Assembly (NCBI RefSeq): GCF_009914755.1
Contig: NC_060929.1
Reading direction: 5' to 3' (one strand)
Length of the DNA stretch: 64,000 nt
Source of the DNA: the human T2T-CHM13v2.0 reference genome, Homo sapiens
Positions 27,770 to 44,419 of this stretch are shown here, one piece after another. The translations under genes were made by a program, and so were the position numbers. Within the stretch, counting starts at the first letter, position 1; each line of letters opens with the position of its first letter. The notes beneath the pieces are model-generated. The model worked only from the letters and a program-made list of their open reading frames with translations, did not search any database and had not been told where the DNA came from.

Positions 27770-28950
27770 GTAAAAACTCTGATACACCCACACAGTAGAA
27801 TATGACTCCACAATTTTAAAAAGCATCATCTACTGATACATATGACAAGGCTGAGTCTCTAAATAACTTAATAAGTAAAATAAATTGGACTGAAAAAACT
27901 ATATACTCTGTGATTCCATTTATATGACATTCAGAAAAAGAAAATTAAGGAAACAGAAATAAGAGCAGAGGTTGCCACAGAATGGAAATAGAATAAGGAA
28001 ATTGACTATAACTGGCATGAAGGAATGTTTTTAGAGATAATGGAAATATTCTGCATCTTTATTTTGATGCTGGCTTGATGAGTGTAAATTTTTTCAAAAA
28101 TTATAGAACTGTACACCTTTAAAGTGAAATTTACTATATATAAATTATGTTCAAGTAAATCTGACTAAAATCACTTTTCTATATACCAAAAATAACCACT
28201 TATAAAATATACTTTTAAGTTACCATTTACTATAACATCTGGAAATACCAAGCACCTACAAATATACATAAAAAATGTGTATATGATTTCTGCACAGAAA
28301 ACTATAAACTGTTATTGACATGTTAAATAAATCATTATAAAATGGAAATATATGCCATGTTCACTCCTTGGAAAACTCAATATTCTAAAGGTGTCAATCA
28401 ATACCATAGGGCCATTAAAAATCTTATGTTTTTTTCATAATTTGATGAGAACATTTAAAAATATATATTCAAAATATAAAAACAGTTAATATTGTATAAA
28501 AAACTCAGCAACAGACAATATTTCAAATAAAAAGATTTATAAACCTACAAAACAGTATAATGTGTGATAGTAAATTAAAAATAGACAAAGAGGCCAGTCA
28601 AATAAAATGAATGTCACTAAAGCAGACTCACGTATTTATGAAAGTGTGATTTACACTAAAGAGTGTACTGCAGAGCAGTTATAGCAAAACTGTTTCCAAA
28701 AACTGGTGCTCAGATAAGTAGACATATATATAGAAAACAATGAATATATAGTGTGTTTGTTCGTGTATGTTATAAGGAAAAACCAATAAAAGACTGGATG
28801 TTAATATAGGAAAATATCTAACTCATGATCTTTGAGTAGCAAAATATTTTTTAGTAATAAAAAATACTAACAAGTATAAATGATGACATTAAAGTGGAAA
28901 ACATCTGTTTAACAAAAGATACCAAAATACAAATTGTAAAAAAGAATAAT
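27770..28950 (+). mobile_element. Degraded L1ME 3'UTR and ORF2 fragments
   Basis: 'tgtgattccatttatatgacattcagaaaaag' and 'ccatgttcactccttggaaaactcaatattctaaag'. Confidence 0.65.
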
Positions 28951-28957
28951 ATGTCAA

Positions 28958-29612
<655 letters not shown>

Positions 29613-30219
29613 GTTGAAGTATTGAAAGCTAGAGAATCATCATTTGTAACTCCCGTATCATTTATATTTTCAGGGAGCAATGAGAGAGAAGCTATTGTGT
29701 GAAACTTTGAAAGGCAAAAATATTTAAACAATATTAAATCAACTCCTTACAGATCACCTATTTTGTAACATTTAAGCTTCATTTAAGTAACATTTTTGCC
29801 AAAAAGGAGAACTTCAATTTAATCAGGAATACTCAGCCTATGTAACTAAATGTAAAATCATTTGACCAAATGTCTAGGCTGTAATTTTTGTTCAATCTTT
29901 TTATCAATGTCATGAATGTCATGGAGACAAAGAGTAGATGAAATAACCTAGTACTCCTGAGGGTACTGGTAGGATAGATTAAAGTCTTGATTACTGAAAA
30001 AAGTGAGGAATATTTTCTTGCTTTAAGTCACAGTACCGAAAGGAGAAACCTAGCTAAAAAGCTTTTCAGAAAGAGAAGACATTTGCGGAAGTTGAAGCAC
30101 AGATTTGAATTGTTTCAGTTCCAGAAATTGGCTGGAGATGATCCTGAATTGCCTGTAGAGTTATGCAAATGACATTATAAAGGCAAATCCTGCGAGGGTA
30201 CCTACAGAGTCTTTAAATT

Positions 30220-30620
30220 ATTTTTTTAACATTTAATTATATAGAATATTAAACATGTGATAAATCTCTATGTTCACATTTTGTATTTATTTAAATATCA
30301 ATTAATTACTAATCTTATTTGCTCTATACCCTCATTCTAATCCCACACACGGTATAATCAGTAATATTACTCAGTAAATCCTAGACATAATATAAATTCA
30401 TCCATACATATTTCACTGTGTATTTCTATGAGATATGAACTATAATTTTTAGCAAAACCATTTATCTATAATCTCACATATAAATAAGTAATATTTCCTT
30501 AGTATAATAAAATATCTGATGTGTTTTAAAAGTCCAATTCACTTATAAATCTCATACATTTGTAAAGAGCTTTTTAAACATTTTAATTAGTAACAAGGTA
30601 AACTCTATACTTTGCAACTT
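30220..30620 (-). mobile_element. L1MC-type 3' end fragment
   Basis: 'aaatcctagacataatataaattcatccatacatatttcactgtgtatttct' resembles an antisense L1MC4/5 3' end. Confidence 0.55.
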
Positions 30621-31147
30621 AAATCATTTATTTATTTTTTCCCATCCCAGACACTGCAGGCACTGGTCACTGGTATAACCCTGCTGGGTCTACTAATTAA
30701 ATTATTTTGAATTGCAAAGACAATGTTTGGAACAAATAAAAGAACCAAGAAGACAACAAAACAATAATACATAAGTGAAATCATAGAAAAGCAACAGATA
30801 ATATAAACAGAAATATATAGTTCCACATATTGAAGTTATTGAACAAATTATAAAAATGATTTTATTTAGTATTTATAAGGAGATAGAAAACATGACTCAC
30901 AATTTTAGCAGAGAACTCAAGAAAAATTGGAAAGCCAAATTTAAAATTGTTAATTAAAAAATACAGTAACAACTCCATGGATAAATTTAAGAGCAATATA
31001 AATTATTAAGAAAAAAGTAAACTACAAAATAGATGAGACAAAAATGTTAAGAAAAGAACAAGAGACACAGTGAAGGAAAATGGAGAAATGAGTTAGGGAC
31101 ACTAAGAACACACTGTAAAAGCTTAATGCAATTATCAATGAATTTTT

Positions 31148-31537
<390 letters not shown>

Positions 31538-31562
31538 TCAGTTCATAGATCTAAAATGTACT

Positions 31563-31848
31563 GGCCGGGCGCGGCGGCTTCCGCCTGTAATCTCAGCACT
31601 TAGAAGGCCAAGGCGGGCGGATCACCAGGTAGGGAGATAGAGACCATCCTGGCTAACACGGTGAAACCCCGTCTCTACTAAAAATACAAGAAAAATTAGC
31701 CGGGGGTGGTCCTGTAATCCCAGCTACTCGAGAGGCTGAGGCAGGAGAATGGCTTGAACCCAGGAGGCGGAGGTTGCAGTGAAGAGCCACTGCACTTCAG
31801 CCTGGGGGACAGAGCAAGACTCCGTCTGAAAAAAAAAAAAAAAAAAAG
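31563..31848 (+). mobile_element. AluSc8/AluY-like with small internal deletions
   Basis: 'gagaccatcctggctaacacggtgaaaccccgtctc', 'gagaatggcttgaacc' and an A-tail. Confidence 0.88.
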
Positions 31849-33175
31849 GTACAATCACCATAAAGAAAGGTAAAAAGAAAAACAAAATTTCTTCAAAGCT
31901 ATCAGAATAAAACTGCCAAGAACATAAGGTACAGCAACCAGAGCAAAAACAAAGCCTTAAAAGCGGAAACACACGTTTTCATATTAACATCAAGATAATA
32001 CATGTTTTCATATTAGCATCAATAAATATGAAGAAATTAGAATGATATATTTAAAGAGTCGAAGAAGACTAATGGACACCTTAGACTTTTATAACCAGCA
32101 ATAATTTATTTCACTTTTGAAAATTAAATACAGACATTTTCAGGCATATACATATTGGTTTCATCACCAGCAGAGCTTCCCATCATGAAAAGGTTCTCAT
32201 GATAAAGTTAGAGATGCAGGAAAGAGTAAGTGTGACAAATAAATAGTGCATTTAATGTTGAGATTATAAGATTTAAGATTTAAGCATGTAAGTAAGGCAG
32301 AAGCTAATTACAGCTTAAATATATGTTCTCTGAGAAAAAGTTAATACATCAAGAAACAGTAGACTTTCAAATAAATTTGGTACATTCTGCAATCTCTAGG
32401 TTAGCTAAATAACTAATGAATTAAAAAATAGAATAATGAAATAATTACTTGAGGATAAAAATAATTACATGCTTTATCAATCTAAAGTTTTTAATAAAAG
32501 AAAGCATATTATAGAATATGTGATGCAAAATTAGACATATAATAAGATGGATCATTTAAAACCCAATATATTAGTAGAAGTCTGAATGGAAAAAGAAAAA
32601 AATAATAAAACTAAGATACAGAGGTTGTGGAATGGACAAGAGTAACAAACATAACTGTGTTATATTTACAGAAAATATATCTAAAACATAAAAATATAGG
32701 AAAGTTAAAAATATAATAATAAATGATATCCTATGCAAATATTAAACAGCTAAAGCTTTCCTTAAACCAAATAGTTTTAGAAAAAGAAGACTTTAAATGA
32801 AAAAAAAAGAATACTACACATAGAGCTTATTCAGGGGATCAATGCCAAACTTAAATGCACATGAAATATAGGTTTGAAATAAATAAACATTTACCTAATA
32901 AGGATAAATAATCAGTTGATAATGAAAGTAAAAGATCCCAATAAAATTTTCATAACATATGATAGAATATGCAGACAACAAATCAGAAATTATCTAAAAC
33001 ACTTGAACCGTAAAATTGTTCTGAAAGGCACATACGGCATTAAAACACAATACCCAAATAATGGTATATTTATTTCCAGGCGCTCATTTATTTCCAGATA
33101 TCATATGTGTGATATCTAGGTAACGTCATGTTAAGGGAAAATTTGTACTTTAATTTCATTTGTTGGAAAATACCA

Positions 33176-33469
33176 GGCTGTGTGTGGTGGCTCACGCCTG
33201 TAATCCCAGCACTTTAGGAGGCCGAGGCGGGAGGATCACGAGGTCAAGAGATTGAGACCATCCTGCCCAACTTGGTGAAACCCCGTCTCTACTAAAAATA
33301 CAAAAATTAGCCGGGCATGGTGGCAGGCGCCTGCAATCCCAGCTACTCCGGAGGCTGAGGCAGGATAATCTCTAGAACCCGGGAGACTACGTTGCAGTGA
33401 GCCAAGATCGCACCACTGCACTCCAGACTAGTGAAAGACCAAGACTCCATTTCAACAACAACAACAACA
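33176..33469 (+). mobile_element. AluSc with (CAA)n tail
   Basis: 'gatcacgaggtcaagagattgagaccatcctg'. TSD aaaatacca at 33167-33175 and 33470-33478. Confidence 0.92.
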
Positions 33470-35004
33470 AAAATACCAAAGCCTGAAAAAGGAATGATCA
33501 AAGTATACATGCCAAAGAGATGAGAAAAATAAATAAATAAATAAATCCGAAGACAGCATAAAGGCAGACATAATGGTCACAGGGTAGAGATTTACGAAAT
33601 AAAAAACGTGTACATTTGAAAAATGTGACTCTTTACAAAAGCGTATATTGGATAAAGCCCTGGTAAGAGTGCTCATGATTTTAGAAGACTGGAGTCTTGA
33701 CTCAAAGCCCATTTCAGCATTAAAATGACACATGATCAGCCTGAAATGTACGTGATGTTCAAAATAATGTATTTAGCAGAGAAAAAACAGGAGTTTATAT
33801 AATAAGGATAAAAGAAAGAAGGCATTGGATGAGCAACTATTACTGCAGAATAATGAGTTATGAAATTCAAAATCATTATGATGAAAACAAAAATTCTGAA
33901 ACAAATTGAATGTGATAATGATGTCTAAAAAAATACAGCAGATATGATAATGGTAAAATGTTGAAGTCCTTTTATTTTGTAATCTGGCAAAAGACAAGAA
34001 AGTCTATTTACGAAGAATTAATTAAACATTGTACTGGATGTCCTTGCCAGTGCAATAAAGCAAAATATAAAAATAAGAGATACAAAGATTGGAAAGAGAG
34101 AAATGAAATAATTTTCAGAGTATATGGAAATCTAAAATAATTTATCACATTCTTCTAATTAGGTTATCATTAGAATTATTATAACTAATGGTGAATTAAC
34201 AATGGTATGAAATATATGACCCATATTCAGAAAATTATAGCATTTCTGTATATTAGAAGTAATACTCAGAAAATAAATATATACAATATTATTCATATAT
34301 ACCATTTAAATGGAACCCAAAAATATAAAATCCTAAGTAATAATTCTAGCAAAAGTTATGAAGAATTTTACAAAGAGAACTTTAACATAGAGACAGTATA
34401 ATTGAGAGAAATTTAAAATGAGTTTAAAAATAAAGGAGTTTGGAGTATTCATGAACTGAAACATTGAATATTGTAAACTTTTTTATGAATTCAATTAAAT
34501 ACTGATCATAAAACAAGCAGGGTGTTTGCTTGTTTGCTTTGTTTTTTGGAAATGACAACATGATTCCACAATTTATATGGAAATGCAAAACTGCAAGTAG
34601 AGCAATATTGAAAAAGAAAAACATGAGTGGATTTGCATTTTTTAATATTAATCCTACTCATAAAGATGGAGAATGTAGTAGTGGAAAAGAAGAGAGTATT
34701 CAGATTGAAAACCCAGGAACAGACTCATGCATATAAGGATATTTGATATATAATCGATATTGCACAGCACAGCTGAAATGGCGTCATTTCCAATAAACTA
34801 TGTTTCCCATTTTGGTAGCCACATAGTGAAAAATAACTCCTTATTCTTTACATGTTTCAGGTCCACATAGTGAAAAAAAATAATTCTCTACTCTCCATAT
34901 GTTTCATGTATAAAATCAGTGCTAGTGGGTTGTATAGATGAATATAATTATTCAATAAATATTCTAGAAATTTATATTGTAGAATATCTTCAAGAAATAT
35001 GCAC

Positions 35005-35204
35005 ATATTGCATTGTTACATTTTGAGGAGGATAATTCTTTGTCATGGTTGGGCAGTCCAAGTATTGTAGCATGTTTAGCAGCATCTATGGCCTCTACCC
35101 ACATGATGCCACTAGCATCTCACCAGTTAAAACAACCCAAACTGTCACAAGTCATTGAGAAATATTCCCTAGGTGACAAAACAAAACCCATTTAAGAACC
35201 ATTG
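35005..35204. mobile_element. MER20 (hAT-Charlie) DNA transposon
   Basis: 'gataattctttgtc...atgtttagcagcatctatggcctctacccacatgatgccactagc...aagaaccattg'. Confidence 0.82.
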
Positions 35205-37479
35205 AATTAAACTACATTAAAATTGTCATTAATGTTTATTAGATATTGTAAGGTAAGTGAAATGACAATTCATAGAGGAGCTCTTCTCAATGTATGTAAG
35301 TGATAAAGGCTTTTGTCCAAAACGTATTTTAAAACAGATATCAAAGACACAGTAATATAAAAGGACTTGAGACTTTATAGAAGACGAAATCAAAATGTAA
35401 AATGAAAATCAGAATAGCCGTTATTAAAACGCAAAAAAGAACTTTAATGTGATAATATGACAAAAAATCAAAATATTTTAAATTAAGTAGACTGCCCATG
35501 TCAAATATTGCCAAAAACATGTAGCTGTTGGTGAGAATCTTGTTAGTGAACTATTTGCTATTGCCCAATAAAACTAATCATATGTTCTGTATGATTCTAT
35601 TTATAAGAAGTTCAAAAAATCAGGCAATACTGAAGTGTCATGCTTGGGGAAGCATGTGAGGTATAGGTATAAAAATCAAGAAATAGATTCCTGTAAAAAT
35701 CATACCAGTAGTTAACTTTGTGAAGGTAAGAGGTAGTGAATGGGCAAAAGTATTTGCCAGAGCCCTGTGTGCTAGCAAATTCTAGCTTCTGACCTGTATA
35801 CTAGTTACACAGGTTTTTCTGATATATTGTTGAGCTACACAGTTTTTCTTAAATATTTGTGTTTATATATCTTGAAAATATAAAAGGATAAAAAATGAAA
35901 TATTTATTCAACTCTGGTTCCACTCCCCAAAGGTAACCACTGTCACCAAATTCTGAACTATTTTTCCCATTTTTTGCACATATGTGCCTACATACATATT
36001 TATATACCTTAAAAACAGCATGCATAGTATCTTGCATTTTTATCACATAATGTACCCTAGTGATGATTCTATATTAGAACATACATTACTTTATTATTTT
36101 TTTCCAAAACAAGTGTATATAAGTGCAGTGCATTTCTAAAAGAAGTATGTATAAGTGCAGTGAATTTTCAAAAAAAGTATGTATAGTGTAGTGCTTAAAA
36201 TAATATACTGTAATAGTCTACAACTTGGCAAGAAATTAAGCTTTCATTTATGTCACAACAGATATACTACATGAAGATTAATATATACATATGTAATATA
36301 TATGCAATATATACATATTAATCTTCATGTATATATATGTATATATATACATACATACCATTTATATATATATATATACCATTTATCTTTTAAGGGCATT
36401 TTTTCATAACCTTAAAATATAAACAATAAAAATTATGAAGCAATAATTTATTTTAAAAAAATATCCACTTGCCAAACAAACAAGATACTCCTTCCAGGAT
36501 GTCAGTAATATCAAGATGAAATGCCGGAGAATTTTAACTGAGTATAGTAAATCAAACAGCTAATTTGTAACTTTGATGGAGGAGAAAATTAGATAAATTC
36601 TGAAAATTCATCTATTTATTTTTCTCTCTATATATATGTTAACAACAAGCAAACACATTAAATCCTTAAATTTGGTTACTAAGTTCACAAATGTCATGGA
36701 CACAGTGAGATAATATTTACAGACTAAATACTGATTTACTATCCCTTGAGTTTATTTTTACAATTCATAGAGTAGATGCTCTTTATAGATATACTCTTTT
36801 GGAAAAAGTCCAGATAACTAGATAATTAACTATTAATATAACTTTTTGAAAAATATTAATATAACGTTTCTTCTGGGAAAAATTATTTAACAAGTTTTAT
36901 TCAGACTACTAAGACATATAAAAACAGGACATTAACTCTTTGGTTATCTAAAGATTCTCCTTAGGAAAATATGCCATTAGTGTTTCTAAATGTATTCAAT
37001 TTTATCTCAGCAGTCTTGAACCTCAATCTACTAATTAGTTGGAGGTAGTTAATATACCTCCAAACAGCCATTCAGATTTCTTAAGGTGATGAAATATGTA
37101 TTACCTATAATATTCTTAACTAAGTTATTGTAAGGCATATTTATCATGGCACATAATCCTGGGGGAAAATTGGGTATAATAACAATTCCCAAGAATACCT
37201 CTTGACAAAGAGTTGGAATTCAACTTTTTCTTCTACTGCTGAGGATGTTTGCATCATGTCTTTGGAAAAATGTATCTCATAATCGCAAAGCCCTAGTTAC
37301 TGATGCTCCACTAACAACATTACTAAAGATATTGATGCTGACATGGCTGCTTATATTATTCCCAAGAGAATTTGTAGATATTTAGCAATAGCCGAGACCA
37401 TCTACAATGTAAATTCCTATCTATGTTACTCCTCTTGAGAATCCACTCTTGGTACATTTATCAAAGGAAGACACTTTTA

Positions 37480-38160
37480 GCAACACCAGTGATTTCACTT
37501 TCCACAGTTTTAGCTATCAGTGGTCAATCAGGTTTTGAAAAATATTAAATAAAAGTTATAGAAATAATAACTTTCAAATTGTGTACCATAACGTGATAAA
37601 TTCTCAGGTTGTCCATCCTACTCCCTGTTTTCTTTATCACAGAAAGAAAAGTAGATAATAATATGGTATTTCAAGAGAAAGAGACCACATTCACATAACT
37701 TTTACTACAGTATATTGTTATAATAATTCTATTATTAGTTATGTTCATATAATTATTAGTAAAAGGAATATAATTATATTCCTATATAATTATAGAAGTA
37801 TACTACTCCTATAAATAATATATTAGTATAACTAATATAATTCTATTATCATTAGTAGTATTAGTTTAACTAATAATCTAATAGAATTATTAAACTAATA
37901 TAATTAGCCTATTAGTTTAATACTACTCCCATAATGAGTATATTAGTTTAAATAAATACTACTACTATAATAATTAGTAGTAATTTAACTAATAAACTAC
38001 TATAATTATTAGTTAAATTTCACTATGCCTAATTTTTAAATTACAGTCTATTATAAGTATGTATGTGTAGGAAAAATAGTACATGTTTACTATCCACTGT
38101 TTCAGGCATCAACTGGGGGTCTTAATACATATCTTTTTACAGATAAGGGTGGAGCTACAG
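37480..38160 (+). mobile_element. MER44 (Tigger7 derivative) with an internal AT-rich expansion
   Basis: 'gagaccacattcacataacttttactacagtatattgttataat' and the terminal 'ttcaggcatcaactgggggtctt...gataagggtggagctacag'. Confidence 0.82.
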
Positions 38161-39470
38161 TTACCTTCCAAAAGGTGGTATTGCCACTGCCATTGTTGCC
38201 TGCTAATGTAAATTCCAAAGAAGTAGATGATTTTGGGAAGGGCAGAAAATAAAAATTTTCATCAATATTAATGATTTTGCCATTAATGCAGATTACCATT
38301 GCCATAGTCTGAGAAGTGACATGAAACTTAAGATTGCTAGAGCTCATAGGACAGTAGAACAGTGAAGACATTGAGGTTTAAAGTGTTAATGTTATGAAGA
38401 TAGCTAAAAACAGGACTTGATCAATGTAATCCTCTACCTAACACAACTTGGAATGGGGCAGAGAGTAAAGAAATGGACCTCGGTAAGGATGTACATGAGC
38501 ACTAAGAGGTAGTGCTTGATGCAAGAGCAGTAATAACAACAATAACCGCAACAAAGGTATATTATTGGGAGCATCAGAGAAGAACAACAGAAAACTAAAA
38601 ATGTTGTGGATGTTACCTCTGAGCAAGAAAATGGGACTAGGGACACAGGCCCTTTTTGTTTTTTGCTTGCACATTCTATCAAATAATAGGAGAAAAAAGA
38701 TATTTCATGTAAGATTAGTTTATTCTCAATATTCTGAATTAGAATATTGGATTAATACAATATTTAGAATGTTAGAAGCTGGATTAAAACAACTTTAAAA
38801 CAAGCATTTGTACTGCATTGACATCTCTGTAGAAGTTGCCGTCATACTAGTTGAGAAGAGCTTGGAGACCTGGACTTGAGAGATTTAATGGATAGATAAA
38901 ATTACGCAGAGGGGTAACCCTATAAAGAATTCTGAAACCAAGCATTTTGAAGCCTAGGAAAAGAAGGGACAACAATGCAAGCTGTCCAACCAAAACCTCT
39001 CTTCCCTACTTTCTTGTTTCTGAATGCCATTTTTGTTTGAAAGAGCAATGTGTCCTGCCAAATAACTACAATGCCCAGTCTCCTTGCCCTTGTGGCTGGT
39101 GACATGTTATAGTCCTGTAGAAAGATACGTATGCCGAAGTTGTTGAAAAGGACACTTTGTCAACTTCTCCCTTCCTGCCCTGATATAAAAACATGATAAC
39201 ACACTACTTATTACTCTAAATATGCATAACTTTTATATGCACTAGGAAGTGTGTATATCAATACTTAGAGATACAATTTCAGAAATAGTCAAATTAAACA
39301 AGTTAAAAGTTTACAAGTTCTTATAATAATTATAGAGGCAAGATAAATTACAGATTCAATTTTTTAAACTAATAATTTAATTAATCACATCATGGATAAT
39401 GTTTAGAGCTAAAATTTTTATTCTGTATTTACATAATTAATATTGTAATTAAAAACCACCGAGTATTTTT

Positions 39471-42011
<2,541 letters not shown>

Positions 42012-42249
42012 CTCCTCTACACTACAGTGTACACCACATTCTTCTGCCTCTTAGTATGCTTCAGTCACATTGAACTATATTTTGTTTACTAAACACGACA
42101 AATTTATTACTGCACTATGGTTTTGCCATATAATTTTTCCTGCCTTTTCAAACAGAAATTATTTCACAGCATACGCAGCTATAGGCAATTATCTAGCTTA
42201 TGTATAAAATTACTTTCCTGATATTTGTCTCATTATTTTTTGCTTTTAA

Positions 42250-42600
42250 ATGTTTTAAATAAACAAATAATAATTGTTTTGAGGGGTGCATATAATGTCT
42301 TCATGTATATTTAAATTGTGGAATGATTAAATCAAGCTTCTTAAGACATCTCATGTCACGTATTTACCTTTTTGTCGTGAGAACACTGAAAATAGACTTT
42401 TTAGCAATCTAAAAAAGGCAAACCCTTAAAAGTAGAGCGTAGAGCGTAGAATGCTAGTTAATGCTGGAGGCAAGGGATAGGGAATGGGGAGATGTTGTTC
42501 ACAGGGTACAGTTTCAGTTAGACACAAAGATTGAGTTTTAGAGATTGACTTTATAGCAGAGTGACTATATTTAAAAATGATTTATTGTACATTTCAAATT
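42250..42600 (-). mobile_element. L1MA7-9-type 3'UTR with 5' inversion
   Basis: 42250-42409 is the antisense terminal part; 42410-42600 is the immediately upstream consensus segment in sense orientation. Confidence 0.72.
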
Positions 42601-44224
42601 TTCTATTTAAAATACACATAGTATCTGTATTCCCAGTTCTTAAAACGTGACCTATTAAATAACAGATTTTCAAGACTGAATGATTTTTTTTTACCTTGTC
42701 CTGATCTCTAGATTTTATTCAAACTTTATCTCATTAATTGCTAATTCTCTCTTTATGAATGTTAAATACTTAAAATAGCACCAAACATAACTAAACAAAA
42801 CAAGAACAAAATGTTTTTTATTTCAAATGGCATGTTCCATTGCGTTCTAAGACTGGACTGTCTTGGAGATAAAGAAGACTTCATTATTTTATATAATATT
42901 CCTTTGAGAAATCCTGAGCTCTGTGCAAAAATGACATACTTCAATTTTTTTTGCTTATAATTTTATCACTCCATAGAGCCCAGATCGAGTTCCTAAGTTC
43001 TCACTAAGGCACATGGGTCTAATTCCATTACATTTTTGGCCTGTGTCAATTAATTTTCTTTTCTCAGATAATAAATTTACACTCCTATTCCACTTCTGAG
43101 CAGTTAGACATTTTCAGCATGGAACATTCTATTAAAATGAAATGGCAAATTGCCTTGTAGCACACACATTTTCAAAGAATGTTTTTGTCTGATAATTTAG
43201 TTCTTATGAGTTTCTTTCCAAAGTAATCCATTTACACAAAATACATTATTAATTTTGTGCATTTATAAACTACACATAATTTCAAAGTGATGTCATTGTT
43301 CCACAAATATATCTAGGTTTCAAAGTGATTGATTAAATTCTGTTTAAAATTTTGCACAGAAGTGCAGTATATAATCACATTTTATATCCCTCTGTGCAGG
43401 ATATAGTTTTCTAAATCACACTCCATTGTCAGGAGCATGTTCATCTTCCATACAGAACACACTGACTGAAAATAAGATCAAGTCTGCACATTTGGGATAT
43501 AAATTTTTGAGATTACTGCTCTTGGTATAATATATCTCTCTTGTACTTGAGCCTCTAGATCTTGCTGTTTTTAACACTTTTGTGCTTGCAAGATTTATGC
43601 ATCTGTATACTTTGTTTATATTCAGCAGTTAAGTATATTTTGTCCTGTTATCATGACTCAACCTGTAATTTGTTTCAAAAGTACAACTAAGGTTTTAAAC
43701 ATAATTATAGTGTAATCTCTTTAAATTTTGCTGCATTATCACTCAGAATGAGAAAAATCTAAATTAAAAGTGTGTGCACACGTATACACATTTTTCAATA
43801 CACAAACTTAGGTATCATGTTAGATTCATCACGATTTGAAAATGAAATTTGATTATAATACTTGCAAGATGACTTACAAGTTAATATTTATATGTACACT
43901 TATAATTTTTACAATTTTTAAAACCATCAAATATGTTAGTTTTCTTTGATTTCTAATGATAACAGTAGAAATACCTGGCCCCGGTTATCATATCTGGTTG
44001 TTATGATCAATTGAAATAATATATGCAAAAGCAAATACATTTTAAAACTTTTTAATATTAACTTTTACTGTTATGTATTCTGAATAATGCAGTTTTATAG
44101 TTAATTATTATAACATGACACAAATGGTAGAGATTTTGATACCTATATTTTTAATAAAAATGTTCAAAACCATATTTCTCAAAATGTATCATGCTGTAAG
44201 GTTGCAACAGCCCTCTCAAATAGA

Positions 44225-44409
44225 GTTCTGCCTTTCTCTTGCCCTTTAAATTAATGCTATCTGAGAGTGCAACAGAAGGCCCTCATTACGTGCTGGTATC
44301 TTGATCATTGACTTCCTTGCCTACAGAACTATCAGAAAATAATTTTCTATTTTTTATAAATTACCCAGTCTCAGGTATTTTGTTACAGCAGCACAAACAG
44401 ACTAAGACA
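44225..44409 (+). mobile_element. MST/MLT1 LTR 3' half
   Basis: 'ataaattacccagtctcaggtattttgttacagcagcacaaacagactaagaca'. Confidence 0.8.
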
Positions 44410-44419
44410 TAAAGTGTAA

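Noticed and set aside
34819-34910. Two diverged tandem copies of about 45 bp (ccacatagtgaaaaa...atgtttca)
   Set aside because: Ordinary old local duplication inside degraded L1.
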